Shown piece after piece: positions 39,922 through 52,447 of a stretch of 64,000 bases of DNA (positions within the stretch are counted from its first letter, which is position 1; the number at the start of each line of letters is the position of its first letter). A program made the translations under genes and the position numbers. The notes beneath the pieces were generated by a model, which saw nothing but the letters and a program-made list of their open reading frames with translations, was not told the origin of the DNA and did not search any database. Source of the DNA: Candidatus Spyradenecus sp. (GTDB lineage Bacteria > Verrucomicrobiota > Verrucomicrobiia > Opitutales > UBA953); assembly GCA_045535075.1 (NCBI GenBank), contig JAZSKX010000014.1, positions 1 to 64,000 on the forward strand. Direction: 5' to 3'.

Positions 39922-41679
39922 CTATTCTGCGGGAAGAATTGCGTTGATGAAAAGTGTCATGCGTTCCTGAATGCTGCGCGGGTTAGAATCCGTCAGGCAT
40001 TCCCGGGCGAGTTTTTGCATGTCCGAGAGCGCGCAATGCCTTAAAATATAGCGAATTCGCGGAGCCGAATTTGCCGTCATGCTGAGAGAATCCGCGCCGA
40101 AGCCGATGAGGAGCGGCGCGAACGCGGGATCGCCGGCGACTTCTCCGCATACGGCACACGGGATTTTTGCCCGGTGCGCCGTGGCGATGGTTCGCGCAAT
40201 TGCACGAATAACAGCGGGGTGGTAAGAATCGTAAAGATGCGAAATCTTTTCGTTCCCGCGATCCACGGCAAGCATGTATTGCGTGAGATCGTTGGTGCCG
40301 ATACTGAAGAAATCCGCTTCGCGGGCAAGATCTTCGGAGACGGAAACGGCGGCGGGAACTTCAATCATCGTCCCGACGGGAATGTCTTCGTCGAAGGGAA
40401 TTCCGGCGGTGCGCAACTCGTTTTTGGCTTCTTCCAAAACGTCCTTGGCGTTGATTAGCTCGGCAAGAGAACTAATCATCGGAAAAAGAATGCGGACGTT
40501 CCCGCGAACGCTCGTTCGTAGGATTGCACGTAATTGCTCCTTAAATATATCCCGGAATTCGAGGCAAAAACGAATGGCGCGAAATCCCATAAACGGATTT
40601 TCCTCCGCCGGCATCAGCCCGCTCGAAATATGTTTGTCGCCGCCGATATCAAGCGTGCGTATGATGACATTGCTGTGTTTCGGCAGAGCATCGACGACTT
40701 GGCGGTATTCTTCGTATTGAACTTCTTCCGGCGGGAAACGATCCGAACGCAAAAAAACACCTTCGGAGCGGAAAAGCCCGATGTCGTAAATATGCATTTT
40801 CCGCATCGTATCCAAATTTTCCTTACCGGAAATATTGGCTTCAATGTGGAAGAAATGACCGTCCGCAGTCGTATCCGGCTTGGCGCTTTCTTCCGCGATA
40901 AGTGCTTCAAGGCGGGAACGACGCAACGAAATCTGCTCGTAGATATCGAGCGTTTTCTTACTCGGATTGACGTAGACAAGCCCCTTGTCGCCGTCGACAA
41001 GGACTTCGTCGTCTTGCGCAATTCTCAGAGTCGCCTTGCGAAGCCCGACGACGGCGGGAATGCCGAGCGAGCGCGCAATAATTGCGGCGTGCGATGTGTG
41101 GTTTCCCGTATCCGTCAAAATTGCTAAGACGCGGGAACGATCAAACGCAATCGTTTCGGAGGGCGTGAGTTCTTCGGCAACGACAACCCGATTACAAAGG
41201 CGTTCCGAAGTGTTTTCCTGGGCTTTTCCGAGAAGATTTTTCAAAACGCGTTGTAAAACGTCCCGAATATCGGCGACGCGCTCTTTGAGATAGCTGTCGT
41301 CCATCCCGGAAAAAAAATCAATGTAATGTCCGGCAACGGAATTAACGCAATGTTCGGCGTTGAGCTTGGAGGTTTGAATCGCGCGCTTGGTTTCGTCAAT
41401 AACGGCGGGATCGTCCAAAACAAGCAGATGCGCGTCAAAAATCTCGGCATTGGCGGGACCGACTTGCGAGATAACTTCCTCAATGAGCTTGGAAATTTGT
41501 TTGCGGGTCTGAGCGACAGCTTTGTCAAAGCGGAGAATTTCGGCTTCGACGTCGTCAATTTTGTAGCAGGGCAGATCGACTTTTTTTTGAAGGAAAACAA
41601 ACGCCTTCCCGCGCGCAACGCCCGGCGCGCAACCGATGCCTTGAAGCCGATATTCCGTTTTGCCTGCCGTCTCGTTCAT
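39922..41679 (-). CDS. ptsI: PTS enzyme I (PEP-protein phosphotransferase)
   Basis: TSHAAIIARSLGIP (phospho-His), GLFRSE, IRTLDIGGDK, NPFMGFRAIR, FFSIGTNDLTQY and CGE. Confidence 0.95.
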   Translation of the reverse strand: MNETAGKTEYRLQGIGCAPGVARGKAFVFLQKKVDLPCYKIDDVEAEILRFDKAVAQTRKQISKLIEEVISQVGPANAEIFDAHLLVLDDPAVIDETKRAIQTSKLNAEHCVNSVAGHYIDFFSGMDDSYLKERVADIRDVLQRVLKNLLGKAQENTSERLCNRVVVAEELTPSETIAFDRSRVLAILTDTGNHTSHAAIIARSLGIPAVVGLRKATLRIAQDDEVLVDGDKGLVYVNPSKKTLDIYEQISLRRSRLEALIAEESAKPDTTADGHFFHIEANISGKENLDTMRKMHIYDIGLFRSEGVFLRSDRFPPEEVQYEEYRQVVDALPKHSNVIIRTLDIGGDKHISSGLMPAEENPFMGFRAIRFCLEFRDIFKEQLRAILRTSVRGNVRILFPMISSLAELINAKDVLEEAKNELRTAGIPFDEDIPVGTMIEVPAAVSVSEDLAREADFFSIGTNDLTQYMLAVDRGNEKISHLYDSYHPAVIRAIARTIATAHRAKIPCAVCGEVAGDPAFAPLLIGFGADSLSMTANSAPRIRYILRHCALSDMQKLARECLTDSNPRSIQERMTLFINAILPAE

Positions 41680-41973
41680 GAAAACAACGATAAGAGCCCG
41701 TCTTCCCCGGCGCAAGCGCTATTATAAAACAAAACTTTTCTTTGTCTCTTTCGCTGTCCCGGCAAGCGAAACGCGGGAACGCTTTGAATTTTTTAGTCTT
41801 AAGTAAAGCAATTTTGCGTTACTGATGCTTCGCGAAAAAAACGAGGCGCCTGAAAGGTAGAAATCAGCGAAATCGGAGTTCGAGATTTGGTGAAAAATTT
41901 GTGCGTGTTTTTCAAGTTTTGTGAGAAAAACAAGAAATCCGCTTTCCATTTTTCGGGTATTGGCGTATTTTAA

Positions 41974-43608
<1,635 letters not shown>

Positions 43609-43650
43609 GGGGCTTCGAAATTGTAATTAAAAAACGAATATTTTGTTATC

Positions 43651-44208
43651 ATGAAAATCCAAGAAAAAAACGTGGTGGGTTTCCATTACACGCTGAAAGA
43701 TAAAGACGGGAACGTGCTTGATTCCTCCGAAGGACGCACGCCGCTCGAATATTTACACGGCGCCGGCAATATTATTCCCGGGCTCGAAAAGGAACTGATC
43801 GGACTCGCCGTCGGCGATAAAAAACAGGTTGAAGTCGCTCCGGAACTCGCTTACGGAGTAAAGCAAGACGCACTCGTCATTTCCGTTCCGCGTAAAAATA
43901 TCGAATTCGACGGCGAAATCGTTGCGGGAATGCGTTTCCATGCACAAGCCGCCGACGGGAACGTTCACGCGTTTACGGTCGTCGAAGTTGATGCCGAAAA
44001 CGTTAAAATGGACGGGAATCATCCGCTCGCGGGCGTTACGCTGTTTTTTGACGTGGAAATTACGTCGATTCGCGAAGCCACGGCGCGGGAACTCGCCGAA
44101 GGACATCCGCACATGGAAGGTTGTTCCTGTGGTTGCCACGGCGGGAACGACCATGAATGCGATTGTGACGGGGATTGCGACTGCGACGGCGGTTGCGGGT
44201 GCCACTAA
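43651..44208 (+). CDS. slyD: FKBP-type peptidyl-prolyl isomerase SlyD
   Basis: PLEYLHGAGNIIPGLE, DGNHPLAG.TL.F.V and a Cys/His-rich C-terminal tail. Confidence 0.94.
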   Translation: MKIQEKNVVGFHYTLKDKDGNVLDSSEGRTPLEYLHGAGNIIPGLEKELIGLAVGDKKQVEVAPELAYGVKQDALVISVPRKNIEFDGEIVAGMRFHAQAADGNVHAFTVVEVDAENVKMDGNHPLAGVTLFFDVEITSIREATARELAEGHPHMEGCSCGCHGGNDHECDCDGDCDCDGGCGCH

Positions 44209-44222
44209 GCGAGGGAAAAATC

Positions 44223-46076
44223 ATGGCTCCTTTAACGCCTATTGAAGAACTTCGCCACAGCGCGGCGCACGTGCTCGGCGCCGCCGTTTTGCGCCTTTTC
44301 CCGGAAGCGCAACTCGATGTCGGGCCGGCCGTTGAAAACGGTTTTTATTACGACTTCGATCTCGACCATAAATTCACTTCTGAAGACCTCGAAAAAATCG
44401 AGGCGGAAATGAAAAAAATCGCGAAGGAAAATCAGAAATTCGAATTTACCGAAGTTTCGCGGGAAGAAGCCGAAAAGCTCGTTTCGGAAACGCCTTACCT
44501 GCAGGAATTCAAGCCCGGACGCCTTGCCGATATTCCCGAAGGCGAAAAAATCACGTTTTACCGCAACGGCGAGTTCATCGATTTGTGCCGCGGTCCGCAC
44601 GTGCGTTACACTTCGCAAATCAAAGCGTTTAAGCTGATGTCCGTCGCGGGAGCCTATCACCGCGGGAACGAAAACAATAAGCAGCTTCAGCGAATTTACG
44701 GCGTGGCGTTTGCCTCGAAAGCGGAACTTGATGAGTATTTACACAATCTCGACGAAGCCAAAAAGCGCGATCACCGCAAGCTCGGGCGGGAACTCAAGCT
44801 TTTCCATATCGACGAAGATGTCGGGCAGGGCTTGATTCTTTGGACGCCGAACGGTGCAATCGTTCGTCAGGAACTCCAAACCTTTATTTCCGAACAGCTT
44901 TTTAAGCAGGATTACAAACAGGTCTTCACGCCGAATATCGGCAACTTAAATCTCTATCGTACGTCCGGGCACTTTCCGTATTACCGTGAATCGCAGTTCA
45001 CGCCGGTTATCGATCAGGAACAAATCCAGAAGCTCGCGACCGAAGGAAAATCCTGCGGGGACTTGGCGAATTTGCTGACAGCCGGACAGCTCGACGGCTT
45101 CCTGCTTAAGCCGATGAATTGTCCGCACCACATCAAAATTTTTGCATCGCAACCGCATTCCTATCGCGATCTTCCCGTGCGCCTCGCCGAATTCGGTACG
45201 GTTTACCGCTGGGAACAATCCGGCGAACTTAACGGACTGACGCGTGTGCGCGGGTTTACGCAGGATGACGGACACCTTTTCTGCACCGAAGACCAAATCG
45301 GACAGGAAGTGCTCGGGTGCCTCGAACTCGTGAAGATTATTCTTTCCACGCTCGGAATGACGAATTACACCGTGCGCGTCGGTTTGCGCGATCCGGAATC
45401 GTCGAAATATATCGGGAAAGCCGAGAACTGGGAAAAAGCCGAAAATGCCTGCCGTATCGCAGCTGCAACGCTTGGCGTTCCCGTCAGAGAAGAAAAGGGC
45501 GAAGCCGCATTTTACGGACCGAAAATCGACTTTGTTGTTAAAGACGTGCTCGGGCGCGGTTGGCAACTCGGAACGGTTCAGGTGGACTTCAATTTGCCGG
45601 AACGCTTCAAACTCGAATACACGGGGGCGGACAACAAGCCGTGCCGTCCGGTGATGATTCACCGCGCGCCGTTCGGCTCCATGGAGCGTTTTGTCGGTAT
45701 TTTGATTGAGCATTTTGCGGGCGATTTTCCGACATGGCTCGCGCCCGAACAGGTTCGCATTCTTCCGCTTAACGATTCGCTCGTTCCCGCCGCCCGCGAA
45801 ATGCGCGAAACGCTCAAGGCAAAAGGAATTCGTGCGAGCGTCGATGAACATTCCGACAAGCTTGGTGCGAAAATCCGCCGCGCGGAATTGGAAAAAGTAC
45901 CGCACATGCTTGTGGTTGGCGCCAAGGAAATGGAAGCCGGCTTGGTCAACGTGCGTTCCCGCGCGGACAAATCGCTCGAAGGCTCCTGCACGCTTCAGGA
46001 ATTTATCGACAAACTTCTTCCGATTATCAAAGAGCGTCGCCTTTCGCCCGACGCGCCTTTGGCGAAGAAGGCTTAA
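44223..46076 (+). CDS. thrS: Threonine--tRNA ligase (no N-terminal TGS domain)
   Basis: RHSAAH, DLCRGPH, RDHRKLG, LKPMNCPHH, GLTRVRGFTQDD, AFYGPKID and MIHRAPFGS.ERF. Confidence 0.97.
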   Translation: MAPLTPIEELRHSAAHVLGAAVLRLFPEAQLDVGPAVENGFYYDFDLDHKFTSEDLEKIEAEMKKIAKENQKFEFTEVSREEAEKLVSETPYLQEFKPGRLADIPEGEKITFYRNGEFIDLCRGPHVRYTSQIKAFKLMSVAGAYHRGNENNKQLQRIYGVAFASKAELDEYLHNLDEAKKRDHRKLGRELKLFHIDEDVGQGLILWTPNGAIVRQELQTFISEQLFKQDYKQVFTPNIGNLNLYRTSGHFPYYRESQFTPVIDQEQIQKLATEGKSCGDLANLLTAGQLDGFLLKPMNCPHHIKIFASQPHSYRDLPVRLAEFGTVYRWEQSGELNGLTRVRGFTQDDGHLFCTEDQIGQEVLGCLELVKIILSTLGMTNYTVRVGLRDPESSKYIGKAENWEKAENACRIAAATLGVPVREEKGEAAFYGPKIDFVVKDVLGRGWQLGTVQVDFNLPERFKLEYTGADNKPCRPVMIHRAPFGSMERFVGILIEHFAGDFPTWLAPEQVRILPLNDSLVPAAREMRETLKAKGIRASVDEHSDKLGAKIRRAELEKVPHMLVVGAKEMEAGLVNVRSRADKSLEGSCTLQEFIDKLLPIIKERRLSPDAPLAKKA

Positions 46077-46092
46077 TGCCGACGATGCTTAG

Positions 46093-46136
46093 AAAAAAGG
46101 CGTTCCCGCATGAAATTTCGCGGGAACGCCTTTTTG
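46093..46136. terminator. Bidirectional terminator (thrS / tatD-like) made of an inverted motif pair
   Basis: aaaaaggcgttcccgc-N10-gcgggaacgccttttt. Confidence 0.88.
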
Positions 46137-46137
46137 T

Positions 46138-46734
46138 TTAAATTGAGCCGAGTGCGGCATCGGATTCTTCAAAAATCCGTTCCGGAGGAATTGCTTCGCG
46201 TACTCGGCGCAGTTTTTCGGAGCCGCGTTGTTTCGGGGAAAACGAAAAAGTTGCGTCGGCAAGCCGAAGAAGTTCCCGTGCGATTTCAGGCGAACCGGAA
46301 AATGCATGAAAATGAAGCTTCGGGATTTGTTTTTCGGCATGAAAAATTCTTAAAAGCTCGTTCCATGCGCGGACGCAATGAATGTTTGCGGGAATATTCA
46401 GTTCGATTGCAAGTTGTAACTGTGAGGTAAAAATATCCGTCTGCTCGTCAAGAGAAACCTCGTGAACACGAATTTTATCCAGCCCGATTTCGCCGACTTG
46501 CGCGCGCGGTGTGCTTTCGAGAAATCGGCGAAGCACTTCGAGCCAATTTGCGCCGCGTTCCCGCAAGAACCAGGGATGTAGCCCGAATGCGGGAATAATG
46601 CCGCCGTTTTTTTTCGCGAGCGAGCTCAAGTTCTCAAAATCGCTTTCGCGAACGGCACAGACAACGCCGCTCCAATCTGCGGGAAGTGAAAAATCTTCCC
46701 GCTCCGGCAAGTGCGCGTGTGCGTCAAACTTCAT
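46138..46734 (-). CDS. TatD-family hydrolase (short)
   Basis: DAHAH, FGLHPW, GEIGLD, HCVRAW, HAFSGS and ESDA. Confidence 0.88.
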   Translation of the reverse strand: MKFDAHAHLPEREDFSLPADWSGVVCAVRESDFENLSSLAKKNGGIIPAFGLHPWFLRERGANWLEVLRRFLESTPRAQVGEIGLDKIRVHEVSLDEQTDIFTSQLQLAIELNIPANIHCVRAWNELLRIFHAEKQIPKLHFHAFSGSPEIARELLRLADATFSFSPKQRGSEKLRRVREAIPPERIFEESDAALGSI

Positions 46735-46735
46735 T

Positions 46736-47725
46736 TTACTCGCCGTCCGCTTCGGCGTGATCTTTCGCTTCGGGAATCGCGGGAACGCCGTCCCAGGCCT
46801 GCTCGCGTGTCCACGGAACGTCTGCCGGAAACCAGCGTAAATCAAGGCAGCGTTTGCCGACTTCCGTCTTCGGGCAACGAATTGCGAGCATTTTGTAAAA
46901 ATCGTCCGCTACTTCCGGGTCGCGTGCTTTCAGCCAAACGCCGGCAGTGAATAGCAGACGCGCCGTGCGTTCGTCGTTGTTGGGAAGAAGCCCGGCGGCG
47001 TAGCGTGCCAAAGTTGCGGCGCGGAGGCGAATTGTGCTGACCGGTTCGGTAATTCCTCGGGAAAGGACGCGTTCGCGTTCGTCTTCAGTCGCGAAGTTTT
47101 TTTCTGCGACAAATTCCGGGACGGAGAAAAGCGAGAAAAGCGCATCGCCGTTCCCGCGAACAATCATGGCGGCGTCCCAAAAACCGCGCGCCCGGGAAAA
47201 GTCGTCGGAATTAAAATTATAGCCGCGACGAATTGCCTCTACGTAGGCATCGAAAATGGGAATGAGTTCTTGCGGGAAGTATTTCCGAGATTCCTGAGGG
47301 CGGTTTTCCCGCATGAGGCGCCGCGCCAGCGTGTAGCGAATTTCATTGGCGATTTCATCGGAGTCGCACCCGATTTCTCCGGCATCGTTTTCATTCGGCA
47401 TGCTTTCCTTCGGCGCGTCCGGATAATTTTTTTCAACGAAATCAATGAGTTCGTTTGTTTCCATGACGCATTCGGCAATGTAATTGGAAACGCCATACAT
47501 TTTTTCTTTGAGCGAGGCGGCAAGCGCGTCGTCGTAACGGCAATCTTTGAGCGACTCGGCAATCTGTTCCGAGTCGGATTCGGGAACAAGATCTGCTGTG
47601 GTTGCGGTCGTTGCGGCAGAATCGGATTCGTCCGCTAAGGTCAAATCGGAATCGGTCGTCGCGCATGAGCACAATAAAAGTGCCGAAGCGGCAATTGCGG
47701 CAAAACTTGTGGGCTTTCTCTGCAT
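46736..47725 (-). CDS. Hypothetical lipoprotein, helical-repeat-like
   Basis: Signal peptide with LLCS-C lipobox; low-complexity linker; 329-aa ORF co-oriented with the tatD-like gene. Confidence 0.7.
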   Translation of the reverse strand: MQRKPTSFAAIAASALLLCSCATTDSDLTLADESDSAATTATTADLVPESDSEQIAESLKDCRYDDALAASLKEKMYGVSNYIAECVMETNELIDFVEKNYPDAPKESMPNENDAGEIGCDSDEIANEIRYTLARRLMRENRPQESRKYFPQELIPIFDAYVEAIRRGYNFNSDDFSRARGFWDAAMIVRGNGDALFSLFSVPEFVAEKNFATEDERERVLSRGITEPVSTIRLRAATLARYAAGLLPNNDERTARLLFTAGVWLKARDPEVADDFYKMLAIRCPKTEVGKRCLDLRWFPADVPWTREQAWDGVPAIPEAKDHAEADGE

Positions 47726-47787
47726 AAATCCATCCTATGCCTTTTTACTCTCAATTCGCGACAAATTTTTGTAGAGTTTCCGATACG

Positions 47788-48252
47788 ATGAATACGATTA
47801 CGCTTAAAGTAAAGAAAGTGCACCCGGACGCGGTCGTTCCGCGCTACGCAAAACCGGGAGACGCCGGAATGGACTTAACAGCCGTTTCCGCCGAATTTGT
47901 TGCTCCGAAAAAAATTAAAGTCGATTTCGGCTTGCAGATGGAAATTCCCGAAGGTCACGTCGGGCTTATTTTCCCGCGCAGTTCGGTTCAGAAAACGTTT
48001 TGCCGGCTTTCCAACAGTGTAGGCGTTATCGATAGCGGCTATCGCGGGAACGTAATGGCGGTATTTGATATTTTGGACGTTTGTCCGGAAGGCGAAAATG
48101 ATGCATTGATTGCGGCGGAAAAACTTTATGCGCCCGGAATGCGTTGCGCCCAAATTATCATCATGCCTTATCCGCAGGTGGCGGTTGTCGAAGCGGATGA
48201 ACTTTCATCGACGGAACGCGGCGCCGGCGGCTACGGCTCCAGCGGAATTTGA
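47788..48252 (+). CDS. dut: dUTP diphosphatase
   Basis: AGMDL, PRSS, GVIDSGYRG, AQ and RGAGGYGSSG (five dUTPase motifs). Confidence 0.95.
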   Translation: MNTITLKVKKVHPDAVVPRYAKPGDAGMDLTAVSAEFVAPKKIKVDFGLQMEIPEGHVGLIFPRSSVQKTFCRLSNSVGVIDSGYRGNVMAVFDILDVCPEGENDALIAAEKLYAPGMRCAQIIIMPYPQVAVVEADELSSTERGAGGYGSSGI

Positions 48253-48983
48253 CACAGGTGAAAAACTCGGTGGAAATCGTCGTTCCCGCGTTTGACGAAG
48301 CTTTGCGCTTGGAACGGGGATTTTGGAGCTTGCGCACGTGGCTTGACGGGAACGGATTCGCCGACGTGCGCATTTGCATTGCCGAAAACGGTTCCCGCGA
48401 TACAACACCGAAAATAGCCGATAAACTGGCGGAAATTTGCGCGGGAACGCGGGTGCTGCATCTGCCGGAGCCGAGCCTTTCCGACGCGCTGAAAACGGCG
48501 TGGAGGACTTCAGATGCCGCAATTCTAGGCTATTGCGATGCGGATATGTCCACCGGGTTTGAACACATCGCGGAAGCCTTGAGTGTTTTACGCGAGTTTC
48601 CGAATTGCGTTCTGGTTTCTGGCTCGCGACATTTGGCGCAATCACGCGTCAGCGGGCGCAATTGGCGGCGGCGGATTGTTTCCCGCGTTTACGCCGCATG
48701 CGTGAATTTTGCACTCGGGACGGATTTTTCGGATACTGCCTGCGGCTTTAAATTTCTGCGGCGCGCGTGGTTTGACTCGGTCGAAAAAAGCCTTGTCGCG
48801 GAAAAATTTACATTAGGCGCGGAATTGGCGTTGCTCGCTACGCGGCGTTCCCGCGACGCATTAAAAGAAATTCCCGTGCGCTGGGAAGAACGCACGGGAA
48901 CGCATATTCGTTTATTGTCGGCAATTTTTTCGTCTGCGTATGGCGTGTTGAAAATTCGGAGTGCGCATCGTCAGACGAAGTAA
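48249..48983 (+). CDS. GT2 glycosyltransferase (polyprenol-phosphate glycosyltransferase-like)
   Basis: IVVPAFDE, NGSRD.T, YCDAD.S, GSR, D..CGFK and EIPV.W. Confidence 0.85.
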   Translation: MTQVKNSVEIVVPAFDEALRLERGFWSLRTWLDGNGFADVRICIAENGSRDTTPKIADKLAEICAGTRVLHLPEPSLSDALKTAWRTSDAAILGYCDADMSTGFEHIAEALSVLREFPNCVLVSGSRHLAQSRVSGRNWRRRIVSRVYAACVNFALGTDFSDTACGFKFLRRAWFDSVEKSLVAEKFTLGAELALLATRRSRDALKEIPVRWEERTGTHIRLLSAIFSSAYGVLKIRSAHRQTK

Positions 48984-48986
48984 AAT

Positions 48987-50264
48987 CTAAGCCAGCGCTT
49001 GGCTGAGGTCGCCGAGAATGTCGTCGATATGTTCGATTCCGACGGAAAGTCGGATTGTGTTCGGGCGAATTCCGCAGGCGTTAAGCTCTTCCCGTGTCAT
49101 TTGCGAATGTGTCGTCGATGCCGGATGAATAACGAGTGATTTGGCATCTGCGACGTTGGCGAGTAGGGAAAATAGCTTCAATCGGTCGATGAAGTTGCGC
49201 GCGTCCGTGTCGTTCCCGCGAATGTCAAAGGTGAAAATCGATCCGCCTCCCTGCGGAAAATATTTTTTGTAAAGAGCGTGTGTCGGCGCATCGGAAAGTG
49301 ACGGATGGCTGACGCGCTCGACTTTCGGATGAGCTTTTAGAAATTCGACGACTTTGAGCGCGTTTTGCACGTGGCGCTCAATTCTCAGCGAAAGCGTTTC
49401 CAAGCCTTGCAAAAATAAAAACGCGTGGAAAGGCGAAATCGCCGCTCCCGTGTCGCGAAGTAAAGTCGCTCGAATTTTGGTTGCGTATGCGGCGTTCCCG
49501 CAGGCTTGAGCAAAGGAAATTCCGTGATAACTCGGATTCGGCTCCGAAAGCCCGGGAAACTTTTTGCTTGCCGCCCAATCGAAGTTCCCACCGTCAACGA
49601 TAATTCCGCCGATCGCCGTACCGTGTCCGCCGATGAATTTTGTCGCCGAATGAACAACGACATTAGCTCCGTATTCAATCGGACGAAGCAGAAAAGGAGT
49701 TCCGAAAGTGTTGTCGACAATCAGCGGAATCGCATGCCGGTTGGCGATTTCCGCGACGGCGGCGATGTCGGAAACGTCACTGTTGGGATTTCCCAAAGTT
49801 TCGATAAAAATCGCTTTCGTGTTCGGACGAATTGCCGCTTCATAGGTTTCCGCCAGCGGATCAACGAATGTTGTCGTAATGCCTGATTCCGCAAGCGTGT
49901 AGGCGAGCAAATTGTATGTACCGCCGTAAATGCTGCGTTGCGCGACGATGTGATCCCCCGAGCGGGCGATATTCTGAATCGCGTAGGTGATGGCGGCGGC
50001 TCCGGAGGCGACGGCAAGCGCGGCACTCCCGCCTTCGAGCGCCGCGACGCGTCGTTCGAAAACGTCTTGGGTAGGGTTCGTCAAACGTCCGTAAATATTG
50101 CCTGCTTTTTGCAGAGCAAAGCGATCGGCGGCATCTTGAGCATTGTGAAAGACAAAGGACGTACTCGCGTAAATCGGTACGGCACGAGCGTCTGTCGCGG
50201 AATCCGGCGTTTCTTGTCCGGCATGAACTTGTAGCGTTTCGAAGCGAGGTTGATTCTGTTTCAT
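48987..50264 (-). CDS. metY: O-acetylhomoserine/O-acetylserine sulfhydrylase
   Basis: [36 protein letters not shown] and [18 protein letters not shown]. Confidence 0.92.
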   Translation of the reverse strand: MKQNQPRFETLQVHAGQETPDSATDARAVPIYASTSFVFHNAQDAADRFALQKAGNIYGRLTNPTQDVFERRVAALEGGSAALAVASGAAAITYAIQNIARSGDHIVAQRSIYGGTYNLLAYTLAESGITTTFVDPLAETYEAAIRPNTKAIFIETLGNPNSDVSDIAAVAEIANRHAIPLIVDNTFGTPFLLRPIEYGANVVVHSATKFIGGHGTAIGGIIVDGGNFDWAASKKFPGLSEPNPSYHGISFAQACGNAAYATKIRATLLRDTGAAISPFHAFLFLQGLETLSLRIERHVQNALKVVEFLKAHPKVERVSHPSLSDAPTHALYKKYFPQGGGSIFTFDIRGNDTDARNFIDRLKLFSLLANVADAKSLVIHPASTTHSQMTREELNACGIRPNTIRLSVGIEHIDDILGDLSQALA

Positions 50265-50401
50265 AATTTTAATTCCTATTAAATTGGTATGAAATAATCC
50301 TGTAGAAAGCTTTCTTTCGTATCAAGTGTTTTCGAGCTCCCGATACGACTCTTTTTTGTTTTGTTTCGGCGGGAACGCGGGATTAGATTTTTTCGGAAAA
50401 T

Positions 50402-52447
50402 ATGAACGCAGAACATCCTTTTCTTTCGGAAGATTTTTATGTCGATTGGGCGCAACTGACGCCGGAACGCATCGTGCCCGACATCACATTCGCGCTTGAA
50501 CGCGCACGCGGGAACGTTGAAGCGATTTGCTCGCAAACGCCCGAATGTATTTCTTTTGAAAATACAATTCTCGGTTTCGCCCGCGCCACGCGGGAACTCG
50601 GTCGCGCGTGGGGACGCGTCTGCCACCTCGAAAGCGTGGAAAACACGCCCGCGCTCCGCGAAGCCTACAACACCGTTTTGCCGAAAGTAACGGAATTTTT
50701 CAGCTCGCTCACGCTCAACGCGCGACTTTGGGAAAAAATCAAAGCCGCCGCAGAACGCATTCCCGCGGGAACGCTCGGTGCCGTGCAGCAGCGTTTTCTC
50801 GACGAAGCACTCGCCGATTTCCGTGAAAACGGCGCGGATTTGCCCGACGACAAAAAATCCCGCCTCGCCGCCATCAACGCCAAGCTCGCCGAGCTCACGA
50901 CGAAATTCGGTGAAAACGTGCTCGATTCCACCAACGCGTGGGAAAAATTGGTTGCCGACGAAACGCTTCTCGCCGGCATTCCCGCGAGCGCGAAAACCGC
51001 AGCCGCCGCTTCCGCCAAAGCGAAAAACTGCGACGGCGAATTCCGCTTCACGCTCCAAGCGCCGTCGCTCGTTCCCGTGATGCAATACGCGGAAAACGAC
51101 GCTCTGCGCCGCGAGTTTTGGGAAGCCTCCAACGCCGTCGCCCGCGACGACGCAAAGTTTGACAACGCGCCGCTCATCCGCGAAATCCTCGCCCTGCGCG
51201 ACGAAAAAGCAAAGCTTCTCGGTTTCGCCGATTTTGCCGATTACACGACTTCGCGCCGCATGGCGAAAAGCGGGAAAACCGCGCGCGATTTTGTCGAAAA
51301 TTTGCGCTCCCGCGTGGATTCTTTTTTCAAAAAAGAGACGGAAGATCTCGTAAATTTTGCGCGGGAACGCGGCGACGCGACGGCTGCGAAAACGGGAAAA
51401 CTCGCTCCGTGGGCGCTCGGTTTTTGGGCGGAAAAACTGCGACGCGAACGCTACGATTTTGATGCGGAAAGCCTGCGACCGTATTTTGAAGTCAACGCCG
51501 TTATCGCCGGAGCTTTCGCGATCGCGGAAAAACTTTTCGGCGTAAAAATTGTCGAAAAAACGGGCGTTCCCGCGTGGCATCCGGAAGTGAAAACCTATGA
51601 AGTTTTCGACGGCGAAAAAATGCTCGGCGCATTTTACACGGATTGGCATCCGCGCGAAACTAAGCGCGCCGGCGCATGGATGAATTTTCTCGCAACGCGC
51701 GGCGAAGGCGTTCCCGCGCACCTCGGGCTGATTTGCGGCAATATGTCGCCCGCTGTGGACGGCAAGCCGGCGTTGCTTTCGTTCGATGAAGTGCTGACAA
51801 TTTTTCACGAGTTCGGGCACTTGCTGCACCACGTTTTGAGCGAAGTCGAAATTCCCGAGCTCGCGGGAACGAATGTCGCGTGGGATTTCGTCGAACTTCC
51901 CTCGCAAATCATGGAAAACTGGTGCAAGCACGCAGAGTCGCTGAGCCTTTTCGCCAAGCATTTTGAAACCGGCGAGCCGCTCCCGCAGGAATTGTTGGAA
52001 AAACTTCTTCGTGCGCAAAACTTCCGCGCCGCAAGTGCCTGCGTGCGCCAGCTTTCCTTCGGGAAAATGGACTTGGATTTCCACATCGAAACCGCGAAAT
52101 ACAAGGACTGCGATTTGGAAAACTACTGGAACGAAACGCTCGCCGATTACCTCGTGCCGACCGCGTTCCCGCAGGTTTCCATGGCGCGGAAATTCCTGCA
52201 CCTGTTTTCCGAATCCACGGGCTACGCGGCGGGTTATTATTCCTACAAATGGGCGGAAATGCTCGAAGCCGACTGCTTCACGCGCTTTTTGAACGAGGGA
52301 ATTTTGAACGAAAAAACCGGACGCGAATTTCGCGAAAAAATCCTCGCGCGCGGGAACGCCGCTCCTGCCGAAGCACTCTTCCGCGATTTCATGGGACGCG
52401 CGCCCGACCCCGCTGCTCTCCTCAAGCGCGAAGGCTTAGCGGAGTAA
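50402..52447 (+). CDS. prlC: M3 family oligopeptidase A
   Basis: KRAGAWM, HEFGH.LH, WDFVELPSQ.MEN and GYAAGYYSYKWAE. Confidence 0.9.
   Translation: MNAEHPFLSEDFYVDWAQLTPERIVPDITFALERARGNVEAICSQTPECISFENTILGFARATRELGRAWGRVCHLESVENTPALREAYNTVLPKVTEFFSSLTLNARLWEKIKAAAERIPAGTLGAVQQRFLDEALADFRENGADLPDDKKSRLAAINAKLAELTTKFGENVLDSTNAWEKLVADETLLAGIPASAKTAAAASAKAKNCDGEFRFTLQAPSLVPVMQYAENDALRREFWEASNAVARDDAKFDNAPLIREILALRDEKAKLLGFADFADYTTSRRMAKSGKTARDFVENLRSRVDSFFKKETEDLVNFARERGDATAAKTGKLAPWALGFWAEKLRRERYDFDAESLRPYFEVNAVIAGAFAIAEKLFGVKIVEKTGVPAWHPEVKTYEVFDGEKMLGAFYTDWHPRETKRAGAWMNFLATRGEGVPAHLGLICGNMSPAVDGKPALLSFDEVLTIFHEFGHLLHHVLSEVEIPELAGTNVAWDFVELPSQIMENWCKHAESLSLFAKHFETGEPLPQELLEKLLRAQNFRAASACVRQLSFGKMDLDFHIETAKYKDCDLENYWNETLADYLVPTAFPQVSMARKFLHLFSESTGYAAGYYSYKWAEMLEADCFTRFLNEGILNEKTGREFREKILARGNAAPAEALFRDFMGRAPDPAALLKREGLAE

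Noticed and set aside
50279..52201. 640-aa minus-strand ORF (similarly 18171-19631 -, 38937-39896 +, 42190-43251 -, 58182-59264 +)
   Set aside because: Antisense shadows of well-supported genes (prlC, aldehyde dehydrogenase, ilvE, pyrG, galE) with no recognisable motifs.
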